Assembly (NCBI RefSeq): GCF_902459465.1
Contig: NC_047070.1
Coordinates: 4,030,001-4,094,000 of the forward strand
DNA from: Asterias rubens
Taxonomy: Eukaryota
Length of the DNA stretch: 64,000 nucleotides
Reading direction: 5' to 3'
Part shown: positions 12,647 to 24,027 of the stretch, piece after piece
Layout: each line of letters starts with the position of its first letter
How positions within the stretch are numbered: position 1 is the stretch's first letter
The notes under the pieces: generated by a model
The model's database searches: none
The model's input: only the letters and a program-made list of their open reading frames with translations
Told to the model about the DNA's origin: nothing
Translations under genes and position numbers: made by a program

Positions 12647-12894
12647 GGCCCAATTTCGTGGCTCTGCTTACCGTAAGCACAGAATCGGCGCTTACGGAAG
12701 CAGGGAATTCTGCGCTTACGGCAAGCATATTTCACGGGTTATCGGCAAATTTGGGCTTCTGCGCGTGCGTACTTCACGTTACTAGGCATTCTACGCTTAC
12801 AAGGCTAGCGCAGAAATTCGGAGCTTGCACGTAAGCGGGGAATCTCGATCGTAAGCGCAGAATTCGGCGGTAAGCAGAGCCATGAAATTGGGCA
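12647..12894. mobile_element. PIF/Harbinger-like MITE nested in a Kolobok-like MITE
   Basis: TIR GGCCCAATTTC...GAAATTGGGCA, with the host sequence GAAGACTGGTCTTTG split and CTG duplicated (12644-46 and 12895-97). Family relatives occur at about 2599-2848, 4452-4618, 10588-10770, 14313-14444, 20165-20390 and 56840-56980. Confidence 0.8.
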
Positions 12895-13209
12895 CTGGTC
12901 TTTGACAATTTACCAATAGTGTCCAGTGTCTTTAAAGTGAAAATGAAAAGTGGTGTAAATTAGACTCGGCAGTGCAATACGAATGCTGTAGAACCAAGGC
13001 ATACAAATCATACAGCTGCTTAGTAGCAAACATTATAAATTAATTGAGCACAAATTGACAATGGACCAGTCTCACGTTCTTTGTAAACCAGTTTACTAAA
13101 TTTGTGCGAGTAGGTCAGTTCTGAATTGGTCAACATGATGTTGACATGAGTTGAAGCATAAGTTGCTTGTAGCAATCAGTGCCTATAATTATTTGTCCTC
13201 CGTTATGTT

Positions 13210-13478
13210 TTAAAGATGCTGTCAGATTTTTTGCCCCAAACATTAAAAAATATATTTTTTTGAGTGAATGGTATTTCAAAGAGTATCACCCGCTCTAACG
13301 AACCATGACAACAATTTTGAGCACTTTATTTCACTGCTACTAATAATTGGCGGACTTTTAGAGAGCAATGGCTCAAATGAAAGCTTGTAACTTTCTCGAC
13401 CGCCATCAAAATACCTATTGAATTTTAAATCAAAATATTTTGGTCAAATCTGCCAAAAATCTGACATAGCATCTTTAA
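13210..13478. mobile_element. Second TTAA-flanked (Kolobok-like) MITE family
   Basis: TTAAAGATGCTGTCAGATTTTT ... AAAAATCTGACATAGCATCTTTAA terminal inverted repeats. Related TTAA-AG elements occur at 49336-49500, 54064-54433 and 57248-57400. Confidence 0.7.
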
Positions 13479-14737
13479 TATTTTTTCTGCCATTTTTATA
13501 TATAGCTCAGTACTCTTTTTGTATTTTTTGTTCCCCTTCTTGATTTGTAAGAAGTTGGTAGATAATTGTGGAGAATGGCAGTGCAACCTCAAACTATTGA
13601 TACTTTTCTAACGATGATGTAGCGAAACAGAGGTCTTTTACAAATAAAACAGGAATCTTTTCGGTTTTTTTAAGTTAAGTTCTGTCTTTTATTTTGGTTC
13701 TTTTCAAATCATGTTTAAGTATTTCTAACACATTTTCTATGTACAGTGTGTCTTAAAATTTTTGATGAATAATTTGTGTAAAAAAAAATCATTTTGAAAT
13801 ATTTATGAAGCGGAAATAATTAACTTTATGTATACATACAATGTATTTTACCCTCTTTGACCATCCACTGTGTTGTGTATGATATAGATAAACTATGCCA
13901 CCCTGCAATATGACATCATGTTGTAAGTACAGATCTTGACTGTACACAATCAACCCTCTTACCATCTAACCATTCACGTCATCCACCTAAGGTGGACAGA
14001 TAGTGATGTACTGCATTTGTTTTACCATTCCAGATAAATTTAATGAATCAAAATGTCTCTTAAAGGGCCTAGAATGCACCAGAGAGCATCTACAACCTAA
14101 AACATTTCCGGGGCCCTAAAGCGGGCCCCGGACCCCACGCCGTAAGGGCTTCGCGCTTTGCGCTCACAGGCTTCGCCATCGCAATTTCGTCTCTTTTTTT
14201 TTACCAAATACTTTTCCTTCTTTTTTCTGAAACTCCATTCTCATGCCTGCACCTTTCATATGATATCATTTGTGCATGCAGGGGCGCTGCATTCACAAAA
14301 TGATATCAACAGGGCCCAATTTCATAAAGCCTGCAAACACATAGCACACTAAACACAGAAAATGTGTACTCATTATGACTGGTGCCCTGATCAATAATTG
14401 TCAAGCAGAATTTTCTGCTTAAATAAGCTTTATGAAATTGGGCCCTGATCTACACAGAACATAGTAAACCTCTTACTTTGTAAAACCATTCCACATTATC
14501 CACTGTGGTTTGAATGCAATTTTGCCAGCATATAATACAATATCATGTGAATGATTACATTTTCACAGAACACAGTCAACCCTCCTACTGTCTGACCACT
14601 CAATATCACCTACATGGCTTTGATGATAGATACGTTGACCAAGCAGTTAGCAATACTTATGATACATGTGCCAAGAAATGCTTCTTCACAGAACACATGT
14701 ACAGTTGTACCACCACCTTAATCAACCCCTGCAATAG

Positions 14738-15030
14738 TCTTGGTTCCAAGACAATTGGTCTTGCGCAGTCACACACAACCAACGTTCCGATCTATGTACG
14801 GCAAAAACTGTACACGGTTGTAATGAACAAACGTAGCACGCCCTTTGTTTCTCTGACTTCTGGATTTCACCAGAGATGGTTTTCAGTGTAAAAAGTGTAA
14901 ACCATCTCTGGTGAGATCCAGAAATCAGAGAAACAGAGAGCCAGCTACTTTCGTGTACAGTTTTTGCCGTGCATAGATAGGAACGTTGGTTGTGTGTGAC
15001 CGCGCAACACCAATGGTCTTGGAACCAAGA
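14738..15030. repeat. About 290-bp near-perfect palindrome (hairpin MITE)
   Basis: TCTTGGTTCCAAGAC...CACACAACCAACGTTCC...CCAGAGATGGTT / AACCATCTCTGG...GGAACGTTGGTTGTGTG...GTCTTGGAACCAAGA. Confidence 0.85.
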
Positions 15031-16812
15031 TCACCCATGCAATTGACTGGTTTCAAATGGTTTGACAATTGAAATAAATAAATAAATGTGATTAAAAAGC
15101 TTGGTTTCTTAATTGCATCTTGTTCAACAGTTATTTTCCCTCAATACTTTTCAAAAGTGTTCTTACTTCTTAATCTTAGATCTGATGGTAACACTTGGTA
15201 AAAGAGTTCTCCTAATGTAAGAGCTAGCGTGTATTATGCATAAATTTCAGTCGAATTTCAAAAAATAAAACCCCCCAATAAATTTGTATATAAAAATAAT
15301 AATTTCATCATACATGTAGAGTGTTCCAGATAGCTTGGTAGGGCTTTAAAACCAAGACAATCATTACAGTCAGAGAATTCCATTCTAAAGAGCTTGTTTC
15401 AATCAGGGGTGAGAGTTATTACTAACAAAAAAGTCCGAAACTTGGATACAAATTTAAAGGTCTTGAAATGATGCCATTTCTACAGTTTGATAACCCCTGG
15501 AGTTATAGATTCCAAGGAGCTTTTGGAAACAGTATCCAAAGCACTAGAGAAGTAGACCAATGAGCACGATTTCTCTATTTGTGGAAAAAATATTGTCTGA
15601 TTTTCTTCACCAGGCCGACATAGAAAGTCTGAGTTCAGCCAAAAGTCTGAACAATCTCATGCCTGTTTAATTCAGCATGCTTCAGCCCAACTTTACAAAT
15701 TTGGGTCAAGAAAGCCCCACAGTTTTGAAAAAGAACCCTGTAGTACACAAACAATTTTTTTCTGAACGACTCACAGATGTAAATATTGAAGATTGGACCC
15801 AAAGCAGTTTAAGACCTTTACACTGACTTTTAAAGCATGGCAATTGTTTAAAACATACGAAGCAAATTAAAATATCGGCAGAAGTTTGTGGGTGTTCCTT
15901 TAATCCTGCCCAAAAGTTAGCGAGGTAACTGGAATAAACAAAGTTACACTTGTTACAGTTGATCTATAATAAAAAATACATCAAATGTTAACACTTTACA
16001 ATGGAAACCTTTGAAGTGTACACATGGACAGCTGTACAACTAACAAAAGAAACAAAAAGTAACGCTATTTCACGTTTAAATTTAAACCTCTTTAAAATGT
16101 GCAAAGAAGTTTTGTTATAAACTAGAAAGGGGAAACGGAACTTAAAATAGCCAAAAAATATAGCGATGAAAGTATAACTTTAGTTAAATATTTACATTTG
16201 GTTTTTGAAAGAAAGTATCAGAACTTTTGTTGATTGCTTCTACTAATTTTCAGTGATTGATTAACTTTGAAACTATTGTTAAAACAATGTTCATTGGTTT
16301 TAAATACTAATCTAGTCTTTCACTTGTTTGACCTAAAAACTATTTAAGTGTATAAAATGCTATAAAAGGAAAACAAATAACAACCATATAAAATACAGAA
16401 CAAAGGTAGTTTTTTTTGTAAATTACACGACACACATCTTTAAAACTTTAAAAACTTAAAACTGCTGATGAGTGTTTGCTCACAAGATGTTTCAATATAA
16501 ATGAGTTTATAAGTAAAACGTTAATACATAAAAGAAACAAAATATCTCTTTTTGTGATACTATAAAATGTTTAACATACTCTTTTTTTCATTTTAGGACG
16601 AGACATCTTTAAAAACTTTGATTCGCCTCAATTTCTGATTTGATGTTCATTTGCAAAAGTACTAATTGTTAACATGCTGTCAAAAGATTTTAACAATTAT
16701 TTGGGTCAAAGATTTTGAATCATTTTAAATATAAAATTCGGTATAGATTCAGAGCTAATTACTCCAACCTGCAAAGGTGTTAGACGCCCGATGTTATATG
16801 ATAAAAATTAAT

Positions 16813-19800
16813 TCACTGCACATCATCAGTTTTGAAACAATCATCCAAGTTGAAATTATCAAAGATGTCACCTTTTTTGGCTTTCTTGGACATCTGTTGG
16901 TTTGCGTTGACGCCTTTGGGGCACGGTAGCGAATTGACGTTGGGGACGACAAAGGGGACAAGTGGAGGTCGCGCACACTGGAGGTTGAGGTTAAACACCG
17001 CAGGCATGACCTGAGGGGGTGGCTGCATATTCTGTGAGGCCTGATGTAGCGCCGCTAACAAATCACCTGGGTTGAACTGTGGCTGGTAGTTGTTATTGTC
17101 TTCGACCTCGTGATCAGCTGGGGTTACCGTCGGGGTCAGTGTCGAGTCAGGGGTCGCCGTATCACCCTTCTCTCTTTGATTCGGTACTTTGACCTCCGGA
17201 TGGTTCCCGTTGAGGTGGTCATTCACGCTCAGTCCTTTAAGTTCAGTGGTTGGAGTTGTTGGTCTGTTTTTCACCAATTCCGGAGTCTGAGGGCGACTGC
17301 TTTCATTACTTGCGAGGTAGTCACTGATGGCGGAAGACAGAGAGTTGTTGAGATCGATGTCCATCTTGGCGTCAGTGTCGGTGGACGAGGCTTCTGAAGT
17401 TGTATCTGAGAAATGGAGTTCCTTTCTGCAAATTCATTAAACAAATGTTGAGTTTAATTTTTTGTTTATGTTTAATATTATCAACACATAAAATGTGAGA
17501 GTTCCTTCGTAAGATCAGATAACTGTTGGGTTGTGTCTTTTCAAGATGTGCAAAACCAAATTCATCAGTTTGTTGCATTTATTATTTGTTTTAAGTTTTT
17601 CTCTTTCCAAACTGGGTTGCAATATCTTTCAAATAAAATTCCATTCAAAATTTGCTATTTATGAAAGTATTTTTATCTTCAATTCAAGACAGAATTTTCA
17701 AGGCCAAACAGTACCAGAGCATAAGTTTCTTATCACGATTAATTAAGGTAAACAGACTAAAGGCAACTTTTTAACTTAGAGATGAACAAAGATAAATTTG
17801 AACAGCTAACAAGTTCTGTTTATCAACGCTATCTTGTGCTTGGGGAATACCTTGATTTTATTTTAAAAAGCACCCAAATTTAAGCTGTCCATACCTGGCG
17901 ACTGTATCTGGTTTGTAGGTGTCCGCTGGATCATACTCGTGAAGTTTCTTTCTCCACTGGCGGACCAAACCTTCCCAAGCTCGACGGCTGCATTTGTGGA
18001 ACTTGTTTGGCGTTGACATGTGCTTTCCTTTTGCTCGTTTGTTCCTGGGTACAGATTATAGCAAACATTCAGAGATGAGGCGGTCGTACAAAAGCAGGGT
18101 TCAACTCTGGTTTTCTTAAGTTGCAGAATGTGTTTTCCCTGGTGTGGTGCGTATTAGGGGATGTTCTTTGACTTTGTGCACATGCCTCGAAATAACTCGC
18201 AGCACCGACAGCAATAGACCTTTATCATGCTACCTCCATCTTAATCATGTTCCTCGTATCAAATAACAATAATGAATGCTAATAACCATTTTGCAAATAG
18301 GAACCAGACTATTTTGTTCGTCCTGCCTCTGTTTGGTAACATTAATACCAATAGGAGATCTTCAAGATGGCTGCACAGAATTCCCCGTTTCCGTAAGCAC
18401 CGGTTCTGTGCTCACTGTAGCAAAGGGGAGAGCCATGCAATTGGGCTCTGATAACTTAAGCTTTTTGAACTTACTTGGGGACCTCTTGCAGGTAGTTGTC
18501 ATATCCGAGCGTATTCTTTCCGTACTCTATCTGCTTCTGTCGGCGTACGATGATATTCTCATCGGTTTCGTATTCTTTCTTGGGCTCGGCACTCATGTTT
18601 ACTTTGTGGCCTTTGCTGTAAAATGACAATATTTAAGTATAACACTTTAGTAGTTGTATAGAATTTTCCTGTGATTGTTTTTGTAAGTTAGCCCAAACAT
18701 CCAAAATCAAGATGCGCAGATTGTCATAGCTTGGACATGGTTGTTCCAAGGACAGCGACCCCCCTTAACAGTGGTCCACAAGCCAAATAGACCGATCCAA
18801 TAGGCTTCGCCCACGACGCACGTGTGAGCGAGAACACGTGGGGCTCTCCAATGCCTTTCTGCACAACTCTGCCGCGCGCGCCAAGTATACGCGCACGCAT
18901 GTCGAACCTTAGTGTCGGACCTTCGTTGCGTAGTGATTGGTCAATATGCAATGGGGCAGAGCTTAATGGATCGGTCTATTAGTTCACTAGACAAACTCTT
19001 GTGACACTGTCTTGGGAGACTGCTCTTATGAGACTACTGCCCTCTATGCTGGCTTCCAAATAATACCCCATTATATGGCGGTCATATTTTAAGAGCTGTA
19101 GTCTCGCAGGGAGCAGCCGTCTCGAAAGAACAACACCAGTGTCGCGAGACTCAGAGAGGGAGTCAGTACACTGTCAATGCCACAAACATCTATGTTTATG
19201 TCAGAGTTTTGTCAGGGTTCTCCCCAGGTTTTTTTTTTTTAAACTGTGACGCATTCTTGACCAAAATCTTTTAAAGTTCGGCCAAAGGACGATGAATTGA
19301 AACAAGGTCTTCTTGGAATGTTTTCTACTTGGTGTTTATCTTGGTTGCAAATTCCATAGCGGCATTCTGGAGCATTATAAATGGTTTAATCTTGATGAAT
19401 TTTTGTGAATCCCTGTAAATGTGTAATTTTGTTTGCTGTCACTGTCTAATGAGTGATGACACAGGGAACGATTTCATCCAGCACCAGGGCTGTATGCTTC
19501 GTTTTTGAAAGGGCAAGGGCACCAAGGCATTTTCTTCTTGGTTAAGGGCACTCTATGATGAAATTGCAAATTTGTACTGGAGCATTTCAAGGGCACAAAG
19601 GCAATGACCAGGGGACACGGAGGCAATCGCCTTCGTTGCCTCCGTGAAGTATCAGGCCTGAGAATGAAACTCAATCTAGCAGATAGTAATTTCGTTGCCT
19701 CCGTGGAAGAATCAGGCCTGCAGCACTATTGCATAGGAAAATCACTTTGGCTGATGTTTTGTGCACATGAATGCTAATATTGAGCTAGCAAGTGATGTCT

Positions 19801-22005
19801 TTTGAGTTAGCAAGTGATGTTTTTTGGGTAGCAACTGATACATTTTGCAGAGCATCTTGCCCTGCAATACAAGGGAAATTGTTCACTGTTGACCCAATAC
19901 TTACTGTAGATCTTGATCTTCGTTACTGCCGTCGCTGGACTCGGACATCAGCAGACGACGTTTGTACTTCATCATGTCCTTCATGGCTCGTTGTTTGTCC
20001 TGCTCGAATTGCACTATTTTATCTGCCCAGCTTGCACTCGAGGTTATGACGCTTCGCTGGGTGGACGGCCGCACAACGTCTGGTGTGAAACTGCACAAAA
20101 ATGAAAGTCGAGTTAATTTGGTCATTTTTGTTTTATGTTTGTTTCGTCTCTTAGTAAAAACCAGGGGCCTATTTCATAGAGCTGCTTAAGCAAAAAATAG
20201 CTCGCTTATTTTTCACATGTTACTGGCAAAAATGTCATGCCATATACATTGCTTGTGACTGGTATTCAGCTGTGGTTTACTAATAGCATAACAATTGAGT
20301 GGAGTCTTGGCCGGTAATCTGACTTTACTAAGCAAGGATTTTTTGCTTAAGCAAAATTTTGTGCTTAAGCAGCTTTATGATATTGGGCCCAGGGGACCAT
20401 TAAATAGAGCTGACACTAAGCAAAAATTACTGTTAAAAATGTATTTGCTAAGCAAACTTCCCTTCAAATATTACTTGCTGTGGTACTGTAGTTTTTGAGA
20501 AATGAGTAAAACAATGTCACAAACAAATTATTTGTACCCATTTCTCAAAAACTACAGCGCCTCAGCAAGTAAAAGTTTAAGGGAAGCTTTCTACCACCAT
20601 TATTTTATCTTCAAACTGTGTTAGTTTAAAGTAAATCTGTTGACAATGTGTTTTGACTAGAAAAATTTCCAAACCCCTATGTTCGTTTATTCACAAGAAA
20701 AAAAGGAGAAATATTTATGAATTGATTGTTGTCTTGTCGCACCTGGATCTGGTTTTCATTTCCTTAGCTCCAAGGGAAGGAAACTCTGAGCTACTTTTTA
20801 AGTCCATCTTCTTATTGCCATCGGGTGTTCTTTTATCGCTCGTCCATCGATGAGGTTTGCTGAGGAAAAAAAAATGGAAAATTAAATTGATCCGTTAATA
20901 GCTGCTATTTGTTTTGTCATAAAAGTAGCTTGATTTTTATTTACAGAATAAGTTACAGCATAGTATCAATTGTAATCCCAGCATTGGGGGACCCTGGACT
21001 TGGCTTCGGGAATTGAAAATGGCTTGTCATGATAGTCCCTGCCATGCCCATATATATGATGCCCCGCTACTGCCAGCAGGGGCACTTGTTGTACATCCCC
21101 CACATGATCTGCTATTGTCCCGGTAGGGCGCATAAACAAATGGTACAACCTTTGCAAAGTCCCCGCTATTTTCCTAATAACTTTCCGTATGGCGCCACCA
21201 GTTTTTCACTCAGTTTTACAAAAAGGGATATATCAATCAGGTAAATTAGATACTATATTATTGGATAACTTTCCGTATGGCGCCACCACTTTTTCACTCA
21301 TTTTTACAAAAAGGGATATCTCATTGAGGTAAATTAGATACTATATAATTTCATATCGAGTGAAAAAGTGGTGGCGCCATACGGAAACTTTTCCATATTA
21401 TTTTATTTCGAATGAAAAAGTGGTGGCGCCATACGGAAACTTTTCCAACTTGAAAACTGAAGAAGTTGAAATTGATTTTAAAAAATGCCCGTAGGCACTA
21501 TCCAGCCACCACTTTTTGCGTGAAGTATCTAAATTTGTTCAAATGCCCTAGGGTTGTTCCACAACCCACTCCTTTTTGGTAAAAATGAGTGGGAAAGTGG
21601 TGGCGGGAATCAGGATACGAAAATCTTTCCCGGACTTTTGTCAATTTTTGGGGGGTTTAATGTTTGCCATGAAATGAACGGCAACAGCGTCCATACAAGT
21701 TTGATTAAAACACCTAAAATTACCAAATTTAACACACACTTATTATGGACTTTAAATACTTGTGATTTTATCTACCTCTCCCTGTAGCGTGTTCTGTGAC
21801 CGGCATTGTTGTCCGAACTACCCCGGCGATCATTGTACCGCTCACGGTCACGACGTTCCCGCGTCTCGCCTTGCCCTTGTTGCTCATGATGATGACGGTC
21901 GTGCTTGCGAAAATGATCACTTGTTTTGTGATGTGGTGATCTCCAGCTCCGAAATTCGTCGTCCTCTTTTTCACCTTGGTGATTTCTACTTCTTACAGAA
22001 GCCAT
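16813..22005 (-). CDS. SLBP: Histone mRNA stem-loop binding protein, 6 exons, about 478 aa
   Basis: Exons 22005-21776, 20859-20743, 20090-19905, 18615-18475, 18044-17895, 17425-16813 join in frame (1437 nt). The RNA-binding domain reads [31 protein letters not shown]...[32 protein letters not shown]. Upstream [14 protein letters not shown] and YKRRLL motifs are present, and the C-terminal DNFNLDDCF resembles vertebrate DEFDLEACL. Confidence 0.93.
18787..18979. mobile_element. AATAGACCGATCC-terminated MITE (second copy 27372-27549, inverted)
   Basis: TIR AATAGACCGATCCA ... TGGATCGGTCTATT with a shared internal CCAAT- and CACGTG-containing body. Confidence 0.75.
21177..21446. mobile_element. 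Palindromic MITE, doubled (single copy at 23175-23310)
   Basis: Two forward arms ACTTTCCGTATGGCGCCACCA.TTTTTCACTC followed by two reverse arms GTGGTGGCGCCATACGGAAACTTTTCC. Confidence 0.75.
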
Positions 22006-22127
22006 ATTGCTTAAATAATTTGGAGAAAGACGGACAAAAATGTGGATAAAACAGGAAAATTGAGAGCACTAGTGGAGACAGTTTCACACGGACGACTACT
22101 TTGAGAGGGACGATGTTTCTTTTTACA

Positions 22128-22193
22128 TTTCGCGCGAAAACGAAAAGGACACCTCTGCGCATGAACTCTGTGCAACCAAGAGGGGCGGCGGGC
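22128..22193. promoter_or_regulatory. SLBP proximal promoter: palindromic E2F site plus GC-rich motifs
   Basis: TTTCGCGCGAAA at 22128-22139 (TTTCGCGC on both strands), TGCGCATG at 22156-22163 and GGGGCGGCGGGC at 22182-22193, all 120-190 nt upstream of the SLBP ATG in otherwise AT-rich DNA. Confidence 0.65.
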
Positions 22194-24027
22194 AGGGACT
22201 TATGAATATTTATATTCTGTACCGAACAAAGGAAGTAATTTTTCATCTTTTTGTCAACCACTGGTTCGAGAATGTATTGAAATAAATAATACTTGGATTT
22301 TCCATTATCTATGAACGATCATTTATTTGTATCATTTTTTAAGAAGTTCTTTTAATTAGCGTTCATCCAGATCCAGGTGGGGTACAAGCAATACAATCGA
22401 AAGAACAAATAAAAGAAGATAATCTGGACACTCTCCATATAAACAGTACGAAATAGCGGCTGATGCCAGACTGTAATCAGCTGGAGGTAGTTCGTACCAT
22501 TTATTTGAAGGGTAACCTATTTTTATGTTTCAATATAAAAAAATATATAAACATATCACAAGTTATAAATAAAAAATACAAAAATCAATTTAATATAAAA
22601 ATAAACCAGTTCATACAATTTTAGGTGTAATATTTTTAAATTTTGTTATTTGAAATATAAATACAAAAGTCATTTGTAATTATATCCCCCTGCACTTAGT
22701 GGAACAGAACACTTCCTACGTCCTTTTTTTGTTATGGTTCAAACTCGAGTGTGTGGTGGTGGTAGGGTGTATGTGTTTTGCAGAGCGGCAAATACAAATT
22801 TCTTCTCATCACCCCCATAAAATTCCCGTAAATCCCCTTAAATTTTCTGCAAAATGGATGTAGTTACTATGGTTATATGTGTCCCAAGAAGGTAAGTTGT
22901 GATTCATTTTTGAGAATACATGAATATGTTGTGTTTATTGCGAGATATTGTGTGTCAAAATGTGTACGAATTTCGTCGGCAATGACGCGGATTTATGCTT
23001 CGACATTCCAGGGGCTCACTTTCCCCCTACGCACACGGCACGGCGGACACGGATGTCCGGCGGGGCCGTGGCCGGCACGAGACGGCATTGCATTGTTTGA
23101 CATTTTGGATAAATCATACGACTACGAACTAGCAATATAATTAAAATAGTGGTTTATTTCTGTTTAGTTTCATTGGATAACTTTCCATATGGCGCCACCA
23201 CTTTTTCACTCATTTTTACAAAAAGGGATATATATATCAATCAGGTAAATTAGATACTATATTATTTTATTTCGAATTAAAAAGTGGTGGCGCCATACGG
23301 AAACTTTTCCGTTTAATTTCTTTTCATGTAAATCACAACAATACAATGTGACCCTAAAAATTAAAATGTATTTAATTCCATGATGTGATGGACTGGTCAC
23401 TGGTGCGATGGGCTCTAAAAAGTTGTATTTGAAAATTATTTTGAATTTATTTTATTAAAATTCAAATTAAATTTTAGTTTAATGTTCTTATACTAAATCC
23501 TTCAAAAGTCATTTAATTTAAAACAAACAATCTCTTGTTTACAGTTGTTTTGAAGGCCTTGGCCTTTTTCACAAGCTTGTGTTTGTGAAATTTGTCCTTC
23601 TCTGCAGAAGAAAGAACATCATGAATCATGATCATAAAATGTGGTAGTAGGAACAATGACTATCTGCCCCTTGTTGAACAACGAGAATGCGTAAAAAATT
23701 TTGTATCTGAGTAAAGTAACACAAGTGTTTTGAATTAGCTTTGTAATGCAGCAGGCGCCTTAGCTTAGTTTTAAATGTTCTCCTTTTGCACTACATTGTA
23801 AAAAAAAACACTGGGTTTTAGTTCCGATTTATTATCCCAGTTTTAACTTGATGTGTGATCGGACTGATCGCTTCATATTATTTTGTTTCTGCAGGAAATG
23901 AATCTACCGGTTGCCTCTTAGGTTTTATGAAATCAATCCTCCCCTGGAAAAATATTTAAAAACAAAAAGCAAACAACCGAGAGAAAAGAAGATTGCTGAA
24001 CCCTTGACATCCTGTTCAGGAACCAGA

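Noticed and set aside
18117-18186. Possible alternative SLBP exon 5 ([17 protein letters not shown]) on the minus strand
   Set aside because: Weak acceptor, in-frame TAA, and only superficial similarity to HPKTPNK; the true exon is 18044-17895.
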